From contig OY729416.1 of assembly GCA_963422265.1 (NCBI GenBank), positions 1,504,001-1,568,000 on the forward strand: a DNA stretch of 64,000 nt. Reading direction: 5' to 3'. Positions 56,380 to 64,000 of the stretch are shown here, in pieces. This stretch comes from Thermodesulfobacteriota bacterium (GTDB lineage Bacteria; Desulfobacterota_D; UBA1144; Nemesobacterales; UBA2774). Each line of letters opens with the position of its first letter. Position 1 is the stretch's first letter. The position numbers and the translations under genes are program-made. Under the pieces are notes generated by a model. The model worked only from the letters and a program-made list of their open reading frames with translations. It searched no databases and had not been told where the DNA came from.

Positions 56380-59281
56380 CCAACTCTATAATCTCCTTTA
56401 TTACAGAAACGTCCGATCCCTCTCCGATGGCAGGCGTCAGAATTCTATAAAGAGTCGACTTTAGGGCTCTTCTTTGGTTAATATTTTCAAGGTAGTTAGA
56501 GAAAGAGTCGAAGGCTTCCTCCAATTCCGAGGTAAGAGACTCGGCGTTTGAAGCGTCAGCTTTTTCCAAAACGTCGGCAAAGGCTAGCCGTCGAGCGGTT
56601 ATTCTCCCCTTTTGATACTTTCTTTTTAATTCAACAGTTTCCTTCGCCAGTTTCATCAACTCTTCTAACGTTTGTTGGGCAGTCTCCTGACGATCATCGT
56701 ATATTTCTTTTACTTTCTGCGCTCGCTCTCCTATTGAAGTTAATATAATCTCTTGCTCAGGATTCTCCTTAACGGCTGTCATTATCAGCTTTGTCAGGTT
56801 GAATATTTTTCCCGATTCGCTCTTTCTGTCTTCTGTTATTTGGGCAAGGGTTTTCTCATCAATCACCGCCTCTTTAACTTTCTTGTTTGCTTCATACGAA
56901 TTTATCTCTTCCCTCACAAGGCTTTCCGTTTTTGTCGCAAGCTCCTTGTATTCAAGGGGAAGTTTCTCTTTCTCGAACTCTTCCATCACGATATTGTAGA
57001 GAACGCAAAGTTTCTTGTAGTCTTCCAGAAATGTCCTTAACTTAGGGTCAGGCGATAGGATTTCATAAAGGGTCTGAATCTCCCTAAGCAATTTAAGGAA
57101 TTTTCCCCTCTTTTCCCTGTGCGCAAAATAATCAATCACGTTTTCAACCGCTTTATCATTTTCCTCGCTGCACGTCAGAGTCGGATACTTTTGTGACTCC
57201 TTCATCTTATTTTCAAAGCTGTCAAACAAAACTTCTATGTCTTCTATAACCCCGCTGACGTCCTGAGAGTCAAAGGCGAGAGCTTTTTCCAGATTATTTA
57301 GAAGCCCTATAAAGTCAACTATTAGACCACACGGCTTTTCTTTTCCGTTTAGTGATAAGGGACGGTTGACGCGCGCAATTGACTGAAGCAAAACGTGATC
57401 ACGCATAGGTTTATCAAGATACATGCAATACAGAATTGGGGCGTCAAACCCCGTAAGTAGCTTGTCCGTTACTATAAAAATTCTAGGCTTTCTATCTGGC
57501 TTTACGAACTCTTTGCGAAGGGATTTCTCCTCATCTTCACTCAACTGATACTTTGCGACAAGCGGAAACCTTTGGGTGTCGTGTTGGGATTTTGTATAAA
57601 CAGCTTTGACGGATTCAGGTGGAAGCCTTTCGTCCAGTGCCCTTTTATAAAGCGCGCAGGCTTCTCGGTCAACTCCTACGAGAAACGCCTTGTAACCAAG
57701 GGGTTCAATGTTTTTCTTAAAATGCGCTGCGACGAAATCCGAAACCTTCCCGACTCTCTCGTCTGACTTCAGGAAGTTCTTTAGATTAACGGCTTTCTCG
57801 AGAACCTTGTTCAGTTGCTCTATGTCACTCAGCCCTTCCGCATCTGCCATTTCAAGAAACTCCTTGTTCAAAGTTTCTTTTGGAACTTTCATCTCCATAG
57901 GTGCAAGTTTATATTTAAGGCTGACGGTCGTCCCATCCTTTATTGATTCCCTGATTGAATACTTGTCCAGATACCCTTGTTCATCCTCAATGCCGAAGGT
58001 TTTGAACGTGCCTTTTCCATAAGCGGTTTTGTCTATCGGGGTGCCGGTAAATCCTATAAGCGTTGCATTCGGAAGCGCCCCGGTCAGGTAATTCCCAAGC
58101 TCTCCCCCAACGCTTCGGTGCGCCTCGTCTATGAAGACAAACACGTCGTCTCGGTCAGACACGTTTGCAGGCATGTTGTCAAACTTGTGGATCATTGACA
58201 CGACAAGCCCCCTAAAGTCTGCTCGTAGTATTTTTCTCAGCTCTTTTTTGCTATTAGCTCGCCTGATATCGATTCCAAAGCTCTGATTACTTTCAATAAG
58301 GGCGCTAATCCATGACGAGAGCTGACCTTCAAGCTCAGTCCTATCTATCATCGTTATCACCGTGGGATTCAGGAATCTCTCCCTGTCTTTAAGCAGAAGC
58401 TCAGCCGCTTTTATCATGGTAAAGGTCTTGCCAGAACCTTGTGTATGCCATATCAGTCCGCGTTTCTTTCTAACGTCTATACACCTTTCAATTATCCGCT
58501 CCGCCGCCTGCCTTTGGTGTTGTCTCAGGACGGTTTTTTTCAGTTCATCGTCCTTTTGATAAAAGAGAACCCATTCCTTGATTAGTTTCAGAAACCGCTC
58601 GCGGTCAAAGAATTTTTTCACCTTTCTTTCAAAATCCCCTCGCTCCTCGTCCTTCCAATTAAAAATATTCTTAGCTTCCGTGTTCCAAGTTGCACCGTAG
58701 TGGAGTTCCAACAGGTTAGTTACGTCAAATACCTGAGGCAAGGCAAGCATTCCGGGCGTGTCCCTGTGATACTGTCTTATCTGCGTAACGCCTTCTTCAA
58801 TGGCGTCTTTTTTCGTAGCGCTTTTTGTCTCGACAATGGCGACTGGAATGCCGTTAATCAGAAATACCACGTCCGCACGGCGGTTGTGTCGCGCTCCAAC
58901 GGTAGTCCATTCATCCGTAACCTGAAAGACGTTGTTATCAGGATTTGCGTAGTCAATTACCGAGATGTTAAGCTCTCGTTTTTCCCCTTCACTGTAAATG
59001 CTCTTCTCTCTCCTCATCCATCCGAGAGCGTCTCTATTTCCCCTGATGTCGTAACGGACGGACTCTATTTTGTGAATGACTTCCCCTACTTTTTTAGAGG
59101 TAATAAGTTCTGGATTAAGCGCAATCAGCCCTTCTTTTAGAATGGATGAGAACAAAAGCCCTTGCGTTCCACCTCTAAGCCGTTCCGCTTTCTTGCAAGG
59201 AACAAACTCCCATCCAATTTCGGATGCGTATTTGATTAGTGGGTCTTGAACGGTTTCTCTTTCGCTTGCGAGGGAAGGCAT
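56354..59281 (-). CDS. hsdR: Type I restriction enzyme R subunit
   Basis: RADVVFLING..IVETK nuclease motif, WHTQGSGKT, DEAH, GFTGTP, LLTGFDAP, QSIARVNR. Confidence 0.95.
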   Translation of the reverse strand: MPSLASERETVQDPLIKYASEIGWEFVPCKKAERLRGGTQGLLFSSILKEGLIALNPELITSKKVGEVIHKIESVRYDIRGNRDALGWMRREKSIYSEGEKRELNISVIDYANPDNNVFQVTDEWTTVGARHNRRADVVFLINGIPVAIVETKSATKKDAIEEGVTQIRQYHRDTPGMLALPQVFDVTNLLELHYGATWNTEAKNIFNWKDEERGDFERKVKKFFDRERFLKLIKEWVLFYQKDDELKKTVLRQHQRQAAERIIERCIDVRKKRGLIWHTQGSGKTFTMIKAAELLLKDRERFLNPTVITMIDRTELEGQLSSWISALIESNQSFGIDIRRANSKKELRKILRADFRGLVVSMIHKFDNMPANVSDRDDVFVFIDEAHRSVGGELGNYLTGALPNATLIGFTGTPIDKTAYGKGTFKTFGIEDEQGYLDKYSIRESIKDGTTVSLKYKLAPMEMKVPKETLNKEFLEMADAEGLSDIEQLNKVLEKAVNLKNFLKSDERVGKVSDFVAAHFKKNIEPLGYKAFLVGVDREACALYKRALDERLPPESVKAVYTKSQHDTQRFPLVAKYQLSEDEEKSLRKEFVKPDRKPRIFIVTDKLLTGFDAPILYCMYLDKPMRDHVLLQSIARVNRPLSLNGKEKPCGLIVDFIGLLNNLEKALAFDSQDVSGVIEDIEVLFDSFENKMKESQKYPTLTCSEENDKAVENVIDYFAHREKRGKFLKLLREIQTLYEILSPDPKLRTFLEDYKKLCVLYNIVMEEFEKEKLPLEYKELATKTESLVREEINSYEANKKVKEAVIDEKTLAQITEDRKSESGKIFNLTKLIMTAVKENPEQEIILTSIGERAQKVKEIYDDRQETAQQTLEELMKLAKETVELKRKYQKGRITARRLAFADVLEKADASNAESLTSELEEAFDSFSNYLENINQRRALKSTLYRILTPAIGEGSDVSVIKEIIELDERFKKKV

Positions 59282-59289
59282 GGTTTAGA

Positions 59290-60180
59290 TTAGACGTGTC
59301 CCGTGTGCTCCGACACGGGACACGTCTGCTTATCTTGTGGGTATTCATCCCAAGTGCGACTTTCAAGGGTGCGCCCCGCCTTCTTTTTGTTGGTCCCTCC
59401 CCACTGTTTGAAAAAGAAAGGAACCTTTGCGCGCCTACACTGATTGCGGATTTTAATCACCCATTCTTTCTTCATAGGACGGGAACGAGGTCCGCTTTCT
59501 CCACCAACTATTACCCAGTTAATTCCATGCTTATCTCTCCCTCTCCCTGTGGGAGAGGGCAGGGGTGAGGGCGCTTTTCCCTGCTCGCCTGCCCCTGCCT
59601 CCGAGCAGGGGGAGACAGGGACAGGTTTTTCTTCCAGCATCTTGGAAATATCAAGGGGTCCTAAAAGCGGCTCGCAAGACAGAAATCTAACAGAAGAAGG
59701 TAGTCTTGAAACAATTTGCGCCCGCTCTATGTATCTCTCGTTCTCAATACTGCTTCCGAGCCATATATGTGGGTATTTCTCCGCAAACTCTTCCCCCCAC
59801 GCTTCCAGATATTCAGACATTCTTTCAGGGCGTTTTGTCAAAACTTGAAATTGATGATGGGATGCTTTGCGCATTGTTTCAAAGACCTTATCTATAAATT
59901 CATTCGGCACTTCGGGATGGAAGAGGTCGCTCATGGAGTTAACAAATATGCGACGTGACTTCTTCCATCTAAGTGGCAACTCAAGGCGTTCAGGCCACAA
60001 GCGCAGGTCAAAGCCTTGTTCGTAAGGGTGATCCTTTACTCCTCTCCACCTCTCCGCAAGCGTTTCTGCATAGCAATACTTGCATCCCGGGCTTATCTTT
60101 GTGCAACCTGTTACGGGATTCCAAGTTGAGTCAGTCCATTCAATTTTTGAAATTTCCGCCATTTTAGCCTTTCTCGGCAA
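59290..60180 (-). CDS. DUF5131 (phage Gp37/Gp68) family protein, three-Cys radical-SAM-like
   Basis: IEWTD.TWNPVTGC.K.SPGC..CYA (C-x6-C-x2-C), FVNSMSDLFH, WVIVGGESG, FFFKQWGG. Confidence 0.92.
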   Translation of the reverse strand: MPRKAKMAEISKIEWTDSTWNPVTGCTKISPGCKYCYAETLAERWRGVKDHPYEQGFDLRLWPERLELPLRWKKSRRIFVNSMSDLFHPEVPNEFIDKVFETMRKASHHQFQVLTKRPERMSEYLEAWGEEFAEKYPHIWLGSSIENERYIERAQIVSRLPSSVRFLSCEPLLGPLDISKMLEEKPVPVSPCSEAGAGEQGKAPSPLPSPTGRGRDKHGINWVIVGGESGPRSRPMKKEWVIKIRNQCRRAKVPFFFKQWGGTNKKKAGRTLESRTWDEYPQDKQTCPVSEHTGHV

Positions 60181-61264
60181 ATTTTATGATTGTCCCTTTA
60201 GTAAACTTACCTCTCCTTCTCTTTTTTCCATCTATCTTTTTGGGTTCTACTTTAATTTTATGACTATTATAACCGTTTTCAGATTCCAAAAGTTTCAGCA
60301 CTTTGCGAGCATGTTGTTCAAGGAATGCAGTTTCATCGTTTGTATATTCAAGCACTTCTGAACAGTCTATGTTTTCTCTTCCCTGAAATTTTCCCCAAAT
60401 GATTGGTTCCAAGTCTCTTTCCGGAGTTGGAGAAAAAAGAACTCTTTGGCCGGGGTTTACTCCATCTGAAAAACTAAACAGTCCTAATCTATCCACCGTC
60501 CACATCGCTTCTTTCATTCTCTTATGCCCAAGGGGGTGTTTTGTGGCGAAGAAAAGGTCGTATATAGGTCTGTTGTGTCTATTTCTCATTTCAAAAGAGC
60601 GGACAAACTTTGCCGCTTTCCTCAAAGACTGCTCGTATAGCTCTCTTGCTTTAGCAATCCTATTGTTGGATGATGTGATGATCTCGGATGCCGATGTGTT
60701 ACCAATCAGTTTATTGGTTTGATCAGGGAGTTCCGTTACAAAGCGTTCCATCGTTGAGTGCATAAAGGTAATCATTGCTTCACACTTATCATTTTGAAGA
60801 AATCGTTTTATAAGACCAAAAGGTAACCCATTAATTCCAAAAGGGTCTATGAAAGCGAAGGTCGGAGCGATTTGCGAACCTTCTTCATCAAGAGAATCAA
60901 GAGTGCTTACAAGGGCGGATTCAAAATTGTTATTTATAACTTCAACCTTAAAAGTGCTCGGTTGTTGTTCAACTGTGCCTTTCAAGTGGTCTGCTCTGTC
61001 TTTGTCTTCTTCCACGAAAATGAAAACCAGTTCGTTGTTCCGCAGGTGTTTAAGTTGTCCTTTTGCAACGTTCAACGCTATTAAAGGAGATCCTTGTTCT
61101 CCTCCAGAATACTCACCCGGTCCAGCAAAGCCGTCGTAGTAAATTATCCGCCCGTTCCATTTTGCAAGAATTGGAAACCAAGCCTTTAGGTATTGCTTCA
61201 GTATTAAATGCTTCGCTTTAGTATGAGGCTCTATCGTCCAGACTTTTTCTTTAGGTGGAGTCAC
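60164..61264 (-). CDS. tcmP: Three-Cys-motif partner protein TcmP (methyltransferase-like)
   Basis: HTKAKH.IL..YL.AW, YYDGFAGPG, FIDPFG, TKHPLG..MKEAMW. Overlaps the DUF5131 gene. Confidence 0.88.
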   Translation of the reverse strand: MTPPKEKVWTIEPHTKAKHLILKQYLKAWFPILAKWNGRIIYYDGFAGPGEYSGGEQGSPLIALNVAKGQLKHLRNNELVFIFVEEDKDRADHLKGTVEQQPSTFKVEVINNNFESALVSTLDSLDEEGSQIAPTFAFIDPFGINGLPFGLIKRFLQNDKCEAMITFMHSTMERFVTELPDQTNKLIGNTSASEIITSSNNRIAKARELYEQSLRKAAKFVRSFEMRNRHNRPIYDLFFATKHPLGHKRMKEAMWTVDRLGLFSFSDGVNPGQRVLFSPTPERDLEPIIWGKFQGRENIDCSEVLEYTNDETAFLEQHARKVLKLLESENGYNSHKIKVEPKKIDGKKRRRGKFTKGTIIKFAEKG

Positions 61265-61898
61265 TTGCGTTTCTCCCTCTCATCAACTCACCCATCGCAG
61301 TCTTAAAAAAATCCTGCAATGCAGATTTTTTAGCTTAGTGATGTTCAATCTTTCTGTCAATTGTTGATAATTTAGTATCTATATTGTTTTGTTCGGACTT
61401 TTTTGGTTTTGGTAGTTGAAAGAGTGAAAGAGTTTTGCCAGATAAGTTGGGAATAGTTGTGCGGTTACCGAAAGTTCCGTAAGTATTTCTTAATCCGATT
61501 GCCAATTGTAGCCAATACATATAAAAAATTGAGATAATATCATCAGTTTTGGCACGGAGGCGGTGTATATGATTCTGAAAGTAGCATTCGGCTATTTCAC
61601 TTTGCCATATTGCCGTTCGGCCTATATCGCCCCCCTCACATACAAGCAGGTCGTCTTGTCTTAGTAAAAGCTTCTCTCTTTCGTCAGGAAGAACGTCCAT
61701 CTCATCAACTTTTGACAAATCTATCTTTCCCCAAAGAACGTTTGAAGTGCGCAAAAAAGGCTTTAGGTGTTTGCCCGTCTGTTTCCTCGAAGATAGAGAC
61801 TTGCCCTGCTTCATTTCAAACAATTCTTCTACGGTTACAACCTCCCACCCCTCTGGTATCTCTCCAATCTCCGTTTGCTTTATTCCTTCGCTAATCAT
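61251..61898 (-). pseudogene. hsdS: Half-size HsdS (one TRD) with an in-frame stop at 61335-61337
   Basis: KQTEIGEIPEGWEV conserved region, one TRD, then P...EQ..I...LS.IDRKIE. After the TAA the frame continues AKKSALQDFFKTAMGELMRG, the HsdS C-terminal helix, to a stop at 61251. Confidence 0.85.
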
Positions 61899-61919
61899 TT
61901 CTAATAATTGATTTCACAA

Positions 61920-63449
61920 TCAAGTTTCTTTCTGCCATCTTGATTCTTTAAGAACTTTAACAAAATTTTCCTTTCCTTCTACCAAGAAATCATTCATCTC
62001 TCTTTCTGACCAGATGTGGTTGTAGGTTTTTATTTTTTTATCTGTGGTTTTGTTTATATCTCCATTAACTCCGCCTACACTTGAAACTTTTATTGAAGTT
62101 TTATAATGAAATTCTCCTGCATCTATTGAGAGAGTAGAAGTCATGTCAAACGACTTTTTGCATTCTCCTCTGAATCGTCTGCAATTCAAAACTAAACGGA
62201 TTATTTTACTGTCGCCCGCATACTGGCTCCCTTCAATTATCAATGCCTTGAGATTTTCTTTCCAGTTTATTGATTCTTCACTGTGAGTATAGATACGAAA
62301 ACCGTAAGACGTAGGAAAAAACAATAAAGGGATATTCTTTTTTTCTAATTTCTCTCTTTCATCCATAGAATAAAGACTCCCTTTTACAAGAATCTCTTTT
62401 TCCAAAAAAGGTACATTAAATTGTCTAAAACCTTCTTCAAACTTTTCAAACAATAGCATGAAGAGTTCATCACATATTTTTTCTGCTGTTTCCTGCGATA
62501 AAGGAACCATAAAACCTTTGTTTTTTTCTTCATTCAAAAAACTAGTCCATTCCTTATCAATATCCTCAGGCTCGCTAATATTTTTTCCCTTCGCTGCCTT
62601 AATCCCAATCTCCAACCACGCAATCAGGCTTTTGCCAAGATAAACTGCTAGAGTGTCTATATCTCCTTTATCTCCTTTGTCCGCTCTTTGCAGAGCGGCG
62701 AAGTAATTTCTTTTATCTTCGCTTTTTATAACCATTGGGGGGTAACCGAGTCGTAGTAAAACATAGTTCATCCACAGTCGGGCGATTCGCCCGTTTCCAT
62801 CGTCGAACGGGTGAATGAGGATGAAGAGGTGGTGTAGCTCCGCAAGGAAGAAAGCAATTGAATTTCTGAATTCCCGATCAGGTCGGGCATGATGGGAGAG
62901 TAGGTCAGAATTGGAAAAGAGAGGGTGTGCATTAAACCACTTCATTAACTCTTCCATCTTTGCGGGGACTTCCGCAGGTTCGGCAAACTTGAAAATCTCT
63001 CCTGTTTCCGTTCTCACGTGGTTAGGCAGTTTTTTATATTGTCCAGGAATGATTTCCTTTTGGGTTTTTTGACCGTCAGTGGTTAAGGCTTCCTTCCAGA
63101 AAGGCTCTTTCAGGATGATTTTGTTCAAGTCTCTTACGTCAGCTTCGGTGAGATTTCTCTCTTTATCCTCTGCAAACTCCTTTACCGTATTTATTGCCAC
63201 ATCGTGGGCTTTCATTTCCATATAGTCTCGCTGTGGATGAATTCCTGTCTCTTTTCCTTCTATAAGCAGAAGTTCCGTCTCGCCGTAGGTCAGGGTGTTT
63301 CCCTCAATGTGGTTTGAGTTCCAGTTCCAATCAAGCCGCATTTTCTTCCACAGCCGTTCATAGTCCTCCTGCTTGAGTGGTTGTAGTGAACGCCATTCTT
63401 CATATAGTTCTTCAATGCTCTTGTTCACGTCTTCAAGGGACATTTGCAT
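61920..63449 (-). CDS. Fic-family protein (class II, internal inhibitory motif)
   Basis: HPFDDGNGRIAR canonical Fic motif. SNHIEGN inhibitory (S/T)xxxE(G/N) helix N-terminal to it. Confidence 0.92.
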   Translation of the reverse strand: MQMSLEDVNKSIEELYEEWRSLQPLKQEDYERLWKKMRLDWNWNSNHIEGNTLTYGETELLLIEGKETGIHPQRDYMEMKAHDVAINTVKEFAEDKERNLTEADVRDLNKIILKEPFWKEALTTDGQKTQKEIIPGQYKKLPNHVRTETGEIFKFAEPAEVPAKMEELMKWFNAHPLFSNSDLLSHHARPDREFRNSIAFFLAELHHLFILIHPFDDGNGRIARLWMNYVLLRLGYPPMVIKSEDKRNYFAALQRADKGDKGDIDTLAVYLGKSLIAWLEIGIKAAKGKNISEPEDIDKEWTSFLNEEKNKGFMVPLSQETAEKICDELFMLLFEKFEEGFRQFNVPFLEKEILVKGSLYSMDEREKLEKKNIPLLFFPTSYGFRIYTHSEESINWKENLKALIIEGSQYAGDSKIIRLVLNCRRFRGECKKSFDMTSTLSIDAGEFHYKTSIKVSSVGGVNGDINKTTDKKIKTYNHIWSEREMNDFLVEGKENFVKVLKESRWQKET

Positions 63450-63574
63450 TTCTCCAGTTTACTTCAAGATGTAAGTGAGAAGATTGGTTGACAGCTTTAA
63501 TTGGGAGTTGGTTTGGGGTAAAAGTTTTCGTAATCTGTTCCTCCCTGAATACAGCTTTATAATTAACCTTATTC

Positions 63575-64000
63575 TTAATTCTTCAGTCTTCGGATCTCCT
63601 CAATCTCCGTTTTCTTTGTCTTGTGTCTGTAATCTCTGGGGTCTATGCACTCGTCATACATTTTTCTTTCAATCTTTATCCAGTCAGTGTTGTTGATTCC
63701 CCGATTGTTGTCGTATGTCTTACTTACGGGGAAGGCACTTGCAATTTTGATCCAGCGGTTTTCCCGTCTTGCGATGTATCTCACCTCTTTTGCTACTTCT
63801 GACAAGTCCTGATCCTGACTTAGGATGACGGCGACGTTGCACTTATCTTCAAACACCGCCCTTGTAACGTCAAGCGCAAGCCGAACGTCAATACCCTTTT
63901 CCCGTCCGACGAGGACAGGTTTTGATGTTTTTCCAGAGTTGACCTTAGTCTTTGAGTAAAAGAGAGAGCGGGAAAACGTGTATATGCCTTTCTCTTTCAT
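63575..64000 (-). CDS. NYN (PIN-like) domain protein, 5' end outside window
   Basis: EKGIDVRLALD and SQDQDL acidic motifs. Confidence 0.85.
   Translation of the reverse strand: MKEKGIYTFSRSLFYSKTKVNSGKTSKPVLVGREKGIDVRLALDVTRAVFEDKCNVAVILSQDQDLSEVAKEVRYIARRENRWIKIASAFPVSKTYDNNRGINNTDWIKIERKMYDECIDPRDYRHKTKKTEIEEIRRLKN

Noticed and set aside
1-64000. CRISPR array, rRNA, intact transposase or integrase
   Set aside because: No regularly spaced repeats, rRNA signatures or recombinase/transposase motifs seen.

Overview
Bacterial chromosomal window. The gene set (MXAN_5808-type S41 peptidase, prs-rplY-pth, mfd-surA, TPR-Slt) suggests a deltaproteobacteria-like lineage, possibly Dadabacteria; this is inference, not a search result. 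Most of it is housekeeping: truA, oppB/oppC, prs-rplY-pth-hppA-rpsF-rpsR-rplI, thi4, clpS-clpA, queF, hisBH, ybeY, two CNNM/CBS proteins, thiL, comM, mlaD, purH, murQ-anmK-nagZ, leuB, mfd, surA, hsp20, tRNA-Gly(CCC) and tRNA-Gln(CTG). There are five accessory patches. (1) 1-5.8 kb, next to tRNA-Gly: a flippase, two GT4s, a lipoprotein gene frameshifted in a G-tract and a Mu-like morphogenesis pseudogene. (2) 23.8-25.7 kb, next to tRNA-Gln: a decayed HTH-ImmA/IrrE + PIN pair and an acyl-CoA dehydrogenase fragment. (3) An orphan DNA methyltransferase at 30.8 kb. (4) A tightly coupled, uncharacterised three-gene cassette at 36.0-37.8 kb whose last gene looks like an ART/RES-type toxin. (5) A type I R-M locus at 56-64 kb whose hsdS region is broken up by NYN, Fic and a TcmP + DUF5131 pair. 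Short palindromic REP-like elements recur across the window, several as in-frame insertions within genes. All family assignments come from motif recognition by eye and no database searches were run.
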